A DNA stretch of 64,000 bases. Source: Podarcis filfolensis. Lineage: Eukaryota. Positions 14,126 to 26,075 of this stretch are shown piece after piece. Every line of letters starts with the position of its first letter. The stretch's first letter is position 1. A program made the position numbers and the translations under genes. The notes below the pieces were generated by a model. The model saw nothing but the letters and a program-made list of their open reading frames with translations. It was not told the DNA's origin and made no database searches. The stretch lies in the NCBI GenBank assembly GCA_964270895.1, contig OZ185435.1. The stretch is one strand, 5' to 3'.

Positions 14126-14367
14126 CAGTGGTACCTAGGGTTACATATGCTTCAGGTTATATACACTTCAGGTTACAGACTCCGCTAGCCCGGAAATAGT
14201 ACCTCGGGTTAAGAACTTTGTTTCAGGATGAGAACAGAAATCATGCTCCAGCGGCGCGGCAGCAGCAGGAGGCCCCATTAGCTAAAGTGGTGATTCAGGT
14301 TAAGAACAGTTTCAGGTTAAAAACGGACCACCGGAACGAATTAAGTGCTTAACCCGAGGTACCACTG
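14126..14367. mobile_element. Tc1/mariner-type MITE, copy 1 (242 bp)
   Basis: TIR CAGTGGTACCT(C/A)GGGTTA, TA TSD, internal TTCAGGTTA repeats. Confidence 0.9.
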
Positions 14368-15276
14368 TAATCTCTTCCCTTCCCCCCCCCAAAAAACCCA
14401 TTGTTTTGATGTTCATGTAAATGTTTCCTATATTTACACTTTGGCAGCTGGATCCTAAGTGTGTTTACACTGAAGTAAATCTCACTGAGATCACTAAAGC
14501 ATGCTCTCAGGTAACCTTGCGTAGGATTGCAGTTGTAAAGTCATGCGTACATCTTCCAAGCCAATGGTATTATACAAGGAGATCTGATACCCAACAGAAA
14601 TACACACAGTTTTATAAAAAGGGTTTATAAAGTCAAATCTCTAACTAAGTCAAATTTGTAACCTTCCCACCCCTGCACCCTGCCGTCATCGTGGGCATAA
14701 GAAATTAAAACTTTAAAAATGGGAGGCTTGAAATGATAAGAGAAATAGCTCCAGTATCCCTGTTTTCAAAGTTTTTAGATCTATACTTTTTTCTAAAGTC
14801 ATTAAGTGGATGCATACTGCAAAGCAAGATCCCTCTCACACACAGACACACTGAACTGGATGCAAACTGGAAGTGCAGGATGATGATTTTGGCCAATTCC
14901 TCTTGCAGCCTCTACTGCTGCCTCCCACTGTTCTGGAGTCTACCCCAACCCTATGGAACAGTTTTCAGGGGGCTGCAGGGAAAAGGAAGAATCAGTGAAA
15001 AATGCTACTCTGCCCATTTATGTCAAACATGAGCAGAATTCCACTGAACACAACTCTGGATCCACCTCAGCTTATGGAGCAATAAGCACTGCTAGTAATG
15101 TAACTGTACCCCAAGCTGGTCATAAATTATCTGTCTTCTCAAGAAAACAAACAAAAAAAACCCCTTCTAGTCTGCCATTCGCATGTAGCATAACTTACTA
15201 CTGCTTGTGGCAATCACTCTGTACCTGTGTTTCCCATTCTATTGAATTAATATTTTCTTTGCCATTCCCATTATAA

Positions 15277-15417
<141 letters not shown>

Positions 15418-16046
15418 TAGTTTCATTTGTATCTGTGATCCTCCTGGCTACATTTCAAAAGAGGAGACCACATCTCCTTTTCCAGTTCCTGCCACACCCA
15501 TTTCCCAAGCTGACATAAAATACTATTTGACTTGGCTGTTTGCCATCTCCGACATAATACAGCAGAGCAAGGTGGTGATCCCCCCCCCCTTTTTTATATA
15601 TATATACAGAGTTACTGGTAAAAAGTTTACTTTCTGCATGGTAACTTATGTTTTAGCATGCTTGTACTGTTAAATATAGCTGTTTTTACTGATGTCAGTG
15701 GTAAAAAAAATTCAATTTTCTGCAGGTAATTGTAATATTTGAAAAGATTGCAGATTAATTATTATCTGTGTATGTAAAGATGACCTCAGAGTGTGAGTTG
15801 AGCGCCATCTAGTGGTTGAAAGCAAAAACCCTGCTCCAGCTAGAACTTTCAAAGCCTCTCTCTCCTTTAGAACTTGAGGATTCCAAAGGAGGGGGGCAAT
15901 GATTTTGCCTTCAACCACTAGGTAGAGCTCAACTCCCATACTCTGAGGTCAAATTTTTACATGTACAGAAAGCCCTTTTGCAGGTAACAAACCAAATGGC
16001 CTTATTCATGATGAGAATCCAAGGCTTTTCTGGCTAAGTGACGTAC

Positions 16047-16375
16047 TTAAGAATATAAGAACATGAGAATAGCCTGCCTGATTAGGCCAATGGCCTATCA
16101 AGGCCAGCATTCTGATCTCATAGTGGCCAACTGGATGACAGTGGAAAACCTGCAAGCAGGACCCCAACACAATAGCACTTTCCTAATCTGTGGTTTCCAT
16201 ACTGCCTCTGACCATGGAGACAGAGCACTGACATCATGACTGGTAGCCACTGGTAGCCCTCTCCTCTGTGGTTTTTTTGTCCATCAACTTATATGGCTTC
16301 AGAAGAGGAGTAAAGCCATCTAATTTGGTGGCAATGACAGCCTCCCATAAGAGCAATTCCATAGTTTAACTGCAG
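16047..16375 (-). mobile_element. CR1-like LINE 3' remnant
   Basis: taagaatataagaacatgagaatagcctgc reversed tail; related to the 47.2 and 23.4 kb remnants. Confidence 0.55.
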
Positions 16376-16594
16376 CTTGCATCCAGATACATAAGAGCCA
16401 CTTATTTCAGGCATTATAACCTGGGTGCCTAAATTTCAAGTCTTATATATCCATTTACCTACAGTGAAGTAAAGAGGGTTTAAGCTGCTGTACCTATAGT
16501 GGCATCCTGAGTGAGGTGAATGAGGTATATTGCTTTCTGGCTGAGTGCCTGTGAGATAGAGCTAGAAAAATAAGCCATGTGATGAAGCATATGA

Positions 16595-16735
<141 letters not shown>

Positions 16736-17217
16736 TAAGTGTTATAATCATCATGTAAGTAATTAGGCACGTTCGTGATTATGGCCTGCACTATCTGTCA
16801 CTGTTTGCAATTTGCATGGATTGCTGTTGCAAAATCACTGCTGGCTGCTGCTGGGACTTGCTGTTCCATCTCTCAAAAGGCAAAAAGGAATGTCTTCTAT
16901 AAGAAAAGGAGCCTGGATAACAATAATGGTTCAATGCATTGTTGTTTTGGATCCTCCCTGGGTCCAAAAATCACAATTCACTGGAAAGGCATTACAGAAA
17001 AGACAACTGCAGTATTTCTAGATGGATCCCTCCATCCCATTCTTTCAGTATGTTATGGTATACTGCTGGATTTTAACATGAAAATATGTGGCCAATTACT
17101 TGCTGTGTTTACCTGAACACAGCACAAATGATTTATAACACATGATGGTCTACTTAACCTTTCCCAATGATGTTTGTTACTTGGGTTACTGCAAGGCATG
17201 TACATTATGTATGTATA

Positions 17218-17540
17218 CTGTTGTTTAGTCGTGTCCGACACTTCGTGACCCCATGGACCAGAGCACGTCAGGCACTCCTGTCTACCACTGCCTCCTGCAG
17301 CTTAGTCAAACGCATGATGGTAGCTACGAGAACACTGTCCAACCATCTCGTCCTCTGTCGTCCCCTTCTCCTTGTGCCCTCAATCTTTCCCAACATCAGG
17401 GTCTTTTACAGGGAGTTTTCTCTTCTCATGAGGTGGCCAAAGTATTGGAGCCTCAGCTTCAGGATCTGTCCTTCCAGTGAGCACTCAGGGCTTATTTCCT
17501 TAAGAATGGATAGGTTTGATCTTCTTGCAGTCCATGGGAC
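17218..17540 (-). mobile_element. Bov-B (RTE) LINE 3' fragment
   Basis: Minus-strand translation LSILKEISPECSLEGQILKLRLQYFGHLMRRENSL plus the gacacgactaaacaac-type tail. Confidence 0.88.
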
Positions 17541-17726
17541 ATAGTCATAGTAAAAAACAAAACAAAGAAACCCACCCATGGTTCTCTTGCCAGACTGGCA
17601 ATATTTTGTGCCCTGTTCTTTAAAGTGCATAAGATACCAAGGCAATCATTACATGTGGCTGCTTACCTCAGGTGTCAAAAAAGCTAAATGGCTTGATGCT
17701 ATTTAGTTGTTTTTCTGTTTTCACAG

Positions 17727-17830
17727 ATTTAACCTGGATCCAGAAAAGAAATGCACAGACAGTATGCTGTGGGAAGCTTTGGAAATAGCACAACTGAAGC
17801 ATGTGGTGAAAGCTTTACCTGGGGGGCTAG
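17727..17830 (+). CDS. ABCC8: ABCC8 exon 36 equivalent
   Basis: tcacag|A; [34 protein letters not shown]; 104 nt; G|GTAATA. Confidence 0.97.
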
Positions 17831-18385
17831 GTAATAACTCCTTTACCTCTGAGGAAATCCAGCATTAAAAATATTGTTCGTTGAAGTTAAGCTGCATAGC
17901 ATACCTTTATTGGAAGTGAAATTGTAGAAAATACATTATACGTGATGCATTTATTTTTTTCTGTCCTGCTTTGATCTTGGTCAAACTGGTTTTCAACATT
18001 TCTTCAGCACTTCAAGAAGATTCCAGGAAAGACTTAAAATGAACTGGTTCACATGTAACATTAAATCCATGGTCTAGTGCAGGGGTGGGAACTGGAACCA
18101 CCCAGTGGGCCATATTGTTATCTCTCTCACTCCTCATGGGTCACATTTAGCATGTGGGTGGGGCTGCCCTGACAGTCACTTGACATCACAATGATGTCAG
18201 GTGACCCTGTTTTGCATTAAACTGTGTGCACTCTGCAAGACCCAAGTGCTGGCAATCTGAGCCAGCTGAGCCAGGTGGGCATGTCTTGACCATAGTGGCC
18301 TCACAGACTAAATGGGGAGACCTGGTCAGAAGTTACGCACGAGCCTGAATGAAGCCTTGCGCTTCCACACTCCACCTCTGTGTTG

Positions 18386-18523
18386 CAGCGATTCTCAACC
18401 TGTGGGTCCCCAGATGTTGTTGGACTACAACTCCCATCATCCCTGAACTTTGGCCTTGCTAGCTAGGGGTGATGGGAGTTGTAGTCCAACAACATCTGGG
18501 GACCCACAGGATGAGAAAGGCTG
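18386..18523. mobile_element. Palindromic MITE (arms of about 58 bp)
   Basis: cctgtgggtccccagatgttgttggactacaactcccatca is inverted almost perfectly within the element; a degenerate relative lies at about 29300-29420. Confidence 0.85.
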
Positions 18524-18942
18524 GTTTAGGGGGAAGGAGGCACTCAGAGATGGCTTGTCTCCACCCTCCGCCACGACAGGTAGGCTCACATGATGCAGCT
18601 GTAAAGACTTAGATAGGCAGAGGAGACTCCACACTAGCTCCTTCTCTCTTAGCATTTGGCTTCTTTCCCACTCTTCACTGTTTATTTCTTTTTGAAGCAC
18701 TACTTTGTTTTTTCTCTTACCATTTCTTCCTCTCAAGTTCTTTCCTGCTATTTCCTCTGCCTGAGCACGAGGCTCGTAGAGAAAGGCCATATGTCTAAAG
18801 AGAAAACAGTACTCAAAGAAAAGTCATAAGACTTGTGAGGTGCAGGTCCAAAGGTGCTGCTCCCCCACTACCTCAACAATTGCTGTTGAGTCTTAAGGCA
18901 CGTTGTCACTGGAACCCATATATTTTCACAGGTTTCCTCTAA

Positions 18943-19137
<195 letters not shown>

Positions 19138-19259
19138 TGAAAAGGAAGCAAAATTGTTAATTTCTTCGTGTTTTTTTTTAATTAGGTAGTTTGCACACAA
19201 TGTTTCTGTTTATGCATGTGTCTGAATTAACAAAAATATTTGTTAATCTGCTTATGTAG

Positions 19260-19322
19260 GAAAATATTCTTCAGAAGGTTGTAATGACTGCATTTGCTGA
19301 TCGAACTGTGGTGACAATTGCA
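19260..19322 (+). CDS. ABCC8: ABCC8 exon 38 equivalent
   Basis: atgtag|GAA; ENILQKVVMTAFADRTVVTIA; 63 nt; GCA|GTAAGT. Confidence 0.97.
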
Positions 19323-20645
19323 GTAAGTATTGTATTTTGCTGCTGAGATGCTTTTTTTGAATGTGTTGTACATTTTTAATACACCTGTAACATTATCATC
19401 AGCCTGGTCTGTTCGCTCTTGCTTCTAAAATGAGAAATTTCCTTTAATTTTCAATCAATTATATTATGTTTCTCACATCTGAATCAAGACAATTCTTCCT
19501 CCCGTAACAAAATAAAATGTTGCCAGTAAAATATTATTATTATTAACATTTCAGGGGGCTCAGTTACAATGTGTTTATAGCCATAAGATGTTTTTGTTTT
19601 AATTCAAGGAAACTCTTTGCAACAAACCAAAATGAAAATAGTCAGCTGTGATCCTGGGGACTGCCCAGAAGAGATTCTTGCCTTGGGATTTCTACAAAGC
19701 TCTTTCCCAGCAGCAGTTCCCAGATGTCTTGCTTGTGGTTTTTCTGTTTCTCAGCTAGCATGAACTGGGAGCACCATCTGGGAAAACTGCATAGAACCCA
19801 CTGATCATGACCTGCTATTATCTATTAACTATTTCAGCAGATGGCATTCTGAAATTGCAGGCTTGAAGAGCATTATTTCTGTGGATAAGAGTTTTTTTTA
19901 AACAATAAATAACAAAATCACTTTCCGCCATGGCTTGGAGGAGGGGGGGGGTCACCATGCCAAGGTGTTTACGGTATGCTGAACAACTTCTATCAGTACA
20001 GAAAGGGGACAGAGGATGTTGAGCACAAAGAGGGCTAAGAAGCTCCTAAAAAGACAGAACCTTCTAAAAATGAAGGATTCTTTTAATTTATTCCCTCACG
20101 TTGTGACTATGAAACAATTAAAATACAATAAAGAGCAGAATAAATAAATCAAATTAGCAAAATCAACAAGGGAGAGATGCTTCGAACCGAGTTAAGAAGT
20201 AGATTTTAAAAGAGAGAGAGATCAAGTCACATTTCACCTAAAGCTTAAAAGAGAGGGAGCCAACTGAACCTCTTTAGCAAGAGAGTTCCACAACAGAACT
20301 TTGTTGCTTCTAGAGTAACTATGCCTTTGTGGGTGGCAAGATTGGTTCATATGACAGGAAGCAGTCCTATAGACATTCTGGCTCTCTATTAGGGCTTTTC
20401 AGGTAAAAACCAGCACAAATTATGCCTGAAAACAAATGGAGAGCCAGTCCAAAAAGAAGCTTTATGGCTGCCTTGATCAATGAAGTGCTAATTAGATTCC
20501 AATGAGCAAAGAGGTTTTTGGCAGAACTGAATCATTTTTTTTCTCATACTTGTATTTTCTAATAATCTAAAAGTATATCTATCACAGATGGTTACATATA
20601 TAATTATAATTCTCATCCTATCTGTTTCATTATTATTTTTTGTAG

Positions 20646-20783
20646 CACCGGGTGCACACCATTCTTAATGCAGATATGGTTATTGTAATGAAGAGAGGAG
20701 TTATTCTGGAATATGACAAACCAGAGGTTCTTCTGGAACAAGAAGACAGTGTGTTTGCTTCTTTTGTCCAAGCGGACAAGTAA
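20646..20783 (+). CDS. ABCC8: ABCC8 last coding exon (exon 39 equivalent)
   Basis: ttgtag|CAC; [48 protein letters not shown]. Confidence 0.97.
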   Translation, partial: HRVHTILNADMVIVMKRGVILEYDKPEVLLEQEDSVFASFVQADK

Positions 20784-20852
20784 ATATAAATAAATTAAAT
20801 ATTTGCAAGTGCAATTTTATTATCCATTTTATAATTCAGTAAATTACCTGTA

Positions 20853-20858
20853 AATAAA
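20853..20858 (+). terminator. Candidate ABCC8 polyadenylation signal
   Basis: First AATAAA after the ABCC8 stop, 70 nt downstream, in AT-rich sequence. Confidence 0.55.
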
Positions 20859-23537
20859 AAGCAATTTAATAATATAGGGCTGAGTCTCTTCATTCTGGGG
20901 AGATGGGGGTCGGGACCAAAAATGGTTTACCTTTTAAGTATGAATACATTGTCCTGCTCTGTGAATTTCTTCAAGCAGTCATTTTTTTTTAGTAATTATT
21001 GCTTGTTTTTTTTTTTATTTAACCTGATTTATACCAAAGCTGTGTCACAGTGGATCAAACTATTACAAGAACCACTAAGGTACAGTTTAAACAATGAGGC
21101 TTTTAAATAAAGGAACAAACCCACCCCTTATCTGAAAGTTATCATTTCAGATAATACCATATCCAACCATCATTTTCTTATCCCTAAGCAGGAACAGGTA
21201 ATTCAAAAGGGAGATTTCATAACTGTATCAACAACATGTCCTTATGTGACCCTGTCATACAGATATGCAACACAGGTTAAGTGGACAATGGAAAACACTA
21301 TAAAAATGAAAACAGCCTCACAATCATAGGAGACAACTCCTAGGAACCCTGTCTTGTACACTCATATGATTTATGCACCTGTTTCATTGACCACATGCAG
21401 ACCAGGAGTCGGGATGGAATGGATGAGAATGTTTTCCACTTACATGTTCAAAGTCACACTGAAAAGTGTTTCAATTAATCAATCAATCAATGGATGTAGT
21501 ACTGTTCAGGGGTGGAGGGGAAGTATTAACAATTTCCCAGGTACAAAATATATTATAACCAGTGTTGGGGATCTGAACTATCTCTGTAACATAAATACAA
21601 CCTTGAGGAAAATCATGCGGGACACTACACAACAAATTAGTATTTCATACACAGGCACTGAAAATCAACTGTGCAGAGAGGCTGAAAGAAGCAATAAAAG
21701 TAACATCAATGACACCCCCTCTGAGCAAGAACCACAGGGCACTGGGATGATAGCTTCCCCTGCAGTGTGTGCCCATCTGCTCCAATATCTGAATCAACCA
21801 TGCTGATCCTCCACAAAGCTAAGATTTATGCTCTTGTGCTGATCAAAGCAAAAAACAAAACAAAACCCTGTTTGAAACTGACAAAATGAAGCATTACAAA
21901 GCAAATTCTTAGGAAGAATTACCTTCATCCTAACCTCACCCTCCAATTAGTTCATACTGAACAACCTATGTAATATTTTGAAAATACTGTCCCAGAAGAT
22001 TATGACCACAATTAATTTCATCAAGATCTAAGCACTTATATAATCTAATACAATATAAGTTAATGATGTGTTAATGACTAAAAAAACAATTGAGTAGCAT
22101 TCAACATTTATGGCTCAGAGTAAACCAAATGAAATTACTGGACCTGAGTAAAACTTAGTTGAAGGCAAAACCCAATATGTATACCCTGCTAGATTATATA
22201 TATTGCAGACTATTAATATTGTGCAAGAACCAACAAACTTCTAAAAGGCCAAACAACCTCCAATAATATAAATTCTTCTAGGAGATACTGCAATGAAAGT
22301 CTGTTGCTTCAGTGCTAAATCACAGATTACTATATTATAACATTTTTTAAAAATGGTATAATATACCTTTGCAATGTAAGCTGTTGAAAGTAGGTCTGAT
22401 GCACTCTCAAAAATAAATATTCTATAGCAAAATAAGGCTGAGTTACTTATGCACCTGCACAGGTGGTGATGTTAATTCTAATAAATTCTAAATTACCACA
22501 GGTAGCAGAGCACTGCACAAATTTATAACAGAAGATTTATGTATAAAGACAGCCCCAAATGCAATTAAATACTATTTTCTATCTCCCTTTGGGGGGTGCT
22601 TCTTAATGCCCTGCAAAATACTTCAATGGATATGTCTAATGTTAACTGTTTTTACCTTACTTGGAGTATATCTGTGTGCTTGGTATATAATCTTAAAATA
22701 TCCCTTCAGTGAGAGATGAAAAGAAGTGCCTGAACACTTAAAACATCTCAGCAGTCCCAAGGACACTAAAAATAATCAAGTAGCCAGAGAAAGCTCTTGA
22801 ACTTTACCCAGATCTTCTGTTCAGGAAACGGTCGTGGAGAGCTTGGGCAAACCAATTACCAGTGATAATGGGAACTGTAACATTTGTTAAACAAGGAAAC
22901 TAGCATTTTCACATCAAGAGACTGGTGCATAAAGGCAGGCGCGCACACACACACACACACACCTTCCTCTCACGTTCATTTTAATGAAGTTCATTCCCAC
23001 TGCTTCTGAGACCAAATGGAATAAGAGAACACCAACAAGTGAGCAAATATGCCACCACCTCCCTTTCCACATTAATCTGTGTGCATTCTTCCTCCGGGTG
23101 ATACACTAGAAAGGGGTAGGCACTCCTCCACTGTATAGGTCATGGGTGAGGAGCCTCCAGCCCACAGCCCAAATTTGCCCCAACACCACATGCACCTGCC
23201 CCACACACCTGAAGTTATATGTGACATCAGTTGTGGGACAGGTGACACAGCTGGATTTGCTACATGACTGAGTTCCCTATGAAGGATCAACTGTGTGGTT
23301 GATCCCTGAAGAAAGCAGGGCTGAGGTCACCTCTGAAGTGATCAGCTGTACAGCTGAGTTGATGGCCTCACTCTTGCTGACCTTGTCTAATCCTCTTTTA
23401 AGACATCCAAGTTGGTGGCCGTCACTACACCTAGTGGAAGTGAAGCCTGTAATTTAACTATGTGCTGTGTGAAGAAAAACTTTTTATCTTGTCTCCTGGC
23501 TCTTCCAACATTCAGCTTCATTGGACTGCCCTGAGTA

Positions 23538-23756
23538 CAGTGATACCTCAGGTTACAAACACTTCAGGTTACAGACTCCACTAACCCGGAAATAGTACCT
23601 CGGGTTGATAACTTTGTCCCAGGATGAGAACAGAAATTGTGCAGCAGCAGCGTGACAGGAGGCCCCATTAGCAAAAGTGCACCTCAGGTTAAGAACAGTT
23701 TCAGGTTAAGAACAGACCTCCAGAACACATTAAGTTTGTAACCAGAGGTACCACTG
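23538..23756. mobile_element. Tc1/mariner-type MITE, copy 2 (219 bp, more diverged)
   Basis: Same family, TA flanks, inside a CR1-like remnant. Confidence 0.85.
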
Positions 23757-24090
23757 TATTAGGGAACAACTCTATCCACGCCATGTTTAATCTCATATAC
23801 CACTTACTCACCATTTCTCAAAATAAAAAGCCCTAAATATTGTTACATTAGAGAGAAATTGCTCCAGACTTCCTCTCTATTCTGCACTACAGTGAGTGGC
23901 TGGTATTGATAAATAAAAGAGGCAGCTTATCTGAGCAGGTGCACTGAGCAAGAGTTCTAGGGCTCTTTGCATATGAACACTTGATCCCTCCTCCCCGTCC
24001 ATCCATCATGGCAGCTAGGAGGATGGGGATGTTTCACCTGGGAAAGACAAGGTTAAGGGGAGGAAGACAGATGGGCGGGGTATAAATAAC

Positions 24091-24138
<48 letters not shown>
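24091..24138. repeat. (TTA)n microsatellite
   Basis: Direct inspection. Confidence 0.95.
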
Positions 24139-24140
<2 letters not shown>

Positions 24141-24249
24141 GGAACATAAGAAGCTGCCTTGTACCACGTCAAAGCAACGGCCTAACTATCTCAGTAATGT
24201 CTACACTGGTTGGCAGCAGCTCTTAAGGGTTACAGCCAGGAGACTCCCC

Positions 24250-24799
24250 AGCCACACCTGGAGACGCCAGGGACCGGACGTGGGACCGGACGTGGGACAG
24301 TTAGCTGCTGTGCCAGGGCCTTGCCTAGGTGAGCGCCCAGGTTCCGTGCAACCCCGTGACCCTATGATCCCTTTTGTGCGCCCTGCTCCTTCGGGTCTTC
24401 TTGTGACTGCGCAGCCCCCCCACCATAATGGGTCTCCCTTGCGCGACAGCGCCCCCTGGCGAGCGTTCCGGAGAGTCAGATTCCCAAGCGCCGCCGCCAG
24501 CGGATTTGCCTCTGAACGCGCCTCCTCCGCTGCCGCCGGCTTCTCCAAAGCCGGCAGCTTAAGGCAGGCAGGCGATCCCGGCTTGCGGCGGGCTGGTTGG
24601 CTGCGAGAGCGAGCGGCGGAAAGCCGCCGCCTTTGCAAAAGCCGGCGAGGGCTGTGATTGGCGTGCGCAGCTGGGGGAGCGCGTCGGGCTTGCAGAGGCG
24701 GGCGGGGAAGGGGAGTCGGCCAGGGCAGGCGGAGGGGCGGCGAAGGAGGCACAGCAGCAGCAGCAGCAACAGCAGCGATGGCTCCCTCCGACAGCGTCC

Positions 24800-24836
<37 letters not shown>

Positions 24837-25800
24837 GGGCCGGGGGCTGTAGGAGGAGAGCGCAGGCCAGCCATGCTGTCCCGGAAGGGCATCATCCCAG
24901 AGGAGTATGTGCTGACCCGGCTGGCCGAGGATGTCCCGGATCCGTCCCGCTACCGCGCCCGGGAGAGGAGGGCCCGCTTCGTGGGCAAGAACGGCGCGTG
25001 CAATGTGGCCCACAAGAACATCCGCGAGCAGGGCCGCTTCCTGCAGGACGTCTTCACCACGCTGGTGGACCTCAAGTGGCCCCACACGCTCCTCATCTTC
25101 ACCATGTCCTTCCTGTGCAGCTGGCTGCTCTTCGCCATGGTCTGGTGGCTCATCGCCTTCGCGCACGGGGACCTCGACCAGAGCACCCGCCAGCTCCACC
25201 TGCAGCCGGGCGACGCCGCCGGGGGGGCGGAGGACTTCGTGCCCTGCGTGACCGACATCCGCTCCTTCACGTCGGCGTTCCTCTTCTCCATCGAGGTGCA
25301 GGTGACCATCGGCTTCGGCGGGCGCATGATGACCGAGGAGTGCCCCGCCGCCATCCTCATCCTCATCGTGCAGAACATCGTGGGCCTGGTGATCAACGCC
25401 ATCATGCTGGGCTGCATCTTCATGAAGACGGCCCAGGCGCACCGGCGCGCCGAGACGCTCATCTTCAGCAAGCACGCCGTGATCGCGCTCCGCCAGGGCA
25501 AGCTCTGCTTCATGCTGCGCGTGGGCGATCTGCGCAAGAGCATGATCATCAGCGCCACCATCCGCATGCAGGTGGTGAGGAAGACGGCCAGCCCCGAGGG
25601 GGAGGTGGTGCCCCTCCACCAGATCGACATCCAGATGGAGAACCCGGTAGGGGGCAACAGCATCTTCCTGGTCTCCCCGCTCATCATCTGCCACGTGATC
25701 GACAGGAACAGCCCTCTGTACGACGTGGCCCCCGACAACCTCCACCACCACGAGGATCTGGAAGTCATCGTCATCCTAGAAGGGGTGGTGGAAACCACGG
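24250..25800. promoter_or_regulatory. CpG island over the KCNJ11 promoter, leader and 5' two-thirds of the CDS; includes reverse CCAAT box (ATTGG 24657-24661) and GC boxes (about 24695-24712)
   Basis: Abrupt rise in GC and CpG density against the AT-rich flanks; boundaries approximate. Confidence 0.8.
24778..24852 (+). other. Upstream [11 protein letters not shown](A)11TGRGL containing (GCC)11 (24802-24834)
   Basis: GCG-ATG-G strong Kozak context; TAG at 24850-24852, 20 nt before the KCNJ11 ATG; preceded by a CAG-rich run (24752-24776). Translation not demonstrated. Confidence 0.55.
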
Positions 25801-26075
25801 GCATCACCACTCAAGCCAGGACGTCCTACTTGGCCGACGAGATCCTCTGGGGACAAAGGTTTGTGCCCATCGTGACCGAAGAGGATGGGCAGTACTCGGT
25901 AGACTACTCCAAGTTTGGCAACACTGTGAAGGTGCCCACCCCAAGCTGCACTGCCAGGCAACTGGAGGAAAACCAGAGCATCCTGGACAGCATCTCCTTC
26001 TCACCTAGGGGCACTATCAGGAAAAGGTCTGTCAGGTTAAAGCCCATGTTTTGCATATCCGATGAACCTTCCTGA
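24873..26075 (+). CDS. KCNJ11: Inward-rectifier K+ channel Kir6.2 (KATP pore subunit), intronless, 400 aa
   Basis: [20 protein letters not shown] start, TIGFGG filter, C-terminal RKR retention motif, single exon, immediately downstream of ABCC8. Confidence 0.98.
   Translation: MLSRKGIIPEEYVLTRLAEDVPDPSRYRARERRARFVGKNGACNVAHKNIREQGRFLQDVFTTLVDLKWPHTLLIFTMSFLCSWLLFAMVWWLIAFAHGDLDQSTRQLHLQPGDAAGGAEDFVPCVTDIRSFTSAFLFSIEVQVTIGFGGRMMTEECPAAILILIVQNIVGLVINAIMLGCIFMKTAQAHRRAETLIFSKHAVIALRQGKLCFMLRVGDLRKSMIISATIRMQVVRKTASPEGEVVPLHQIDIQMENPVGGNSIFLVSPLIICHVIDRNSPLYDVAPDNLHHHEDLEVIVILEGVVETTGITTQARTSYLADEILWGQRFVPIVTEEDGQYSVDYSKFGNTVKVPTPSCTARQLEENQSILDSISFSPRGTIRKRSVRLKPMFCISDEPS

Noticed and set aside
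14126-14367. Regularly spaced TTCAGGTTA repeats as a CRISPR-like array
   Set aside because: Eukaryotic locus; the repeats are 9-mers inside a TIR/TA-bounded MITE and the spacers are the same in every copy.
17167-17645. ORFs of 125, 75 and 79 aa in an ABCC8 intron
   Set aside because: Frames of a Bov-B LINE remnant, not host genes.
21354-21806. 150-aa intergenic ORF (similarly 12199-12723 and 7877-8326)
   Set aside because: Non-ATG or weak starts, no recognisable motif or splice context; expected by chance.
24073-24088. GGGCGGGGTATAAATA as a GC box plus TATA box for KCNJ11
   Set aside because: It runs directly into a (TTA)n tract and looks like a LINE (L2-type) 3' tail; better promoter elements lie at 24650-24720.
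24597-24872. 92-aa N-terminal extension of Kir6.2 from a TTG start, with poly-Ser and poly-Arg
   Set aside because: Near-cognate start lies upstream of the CCAAT/GC boxes; the runs come from CAG/GCC repeats; homology starts exactly at ATG 24873.
24201-25751. 516-aa antisense ORF overlapping KCNJ11 (and other long overlapping ORFs at 24950-26008)
   Set aside because: Shadow of extreme GC3 bias in the sense frame, which removes the antisense stop triplets; no recognisable domain; ends where the GC bias ends.
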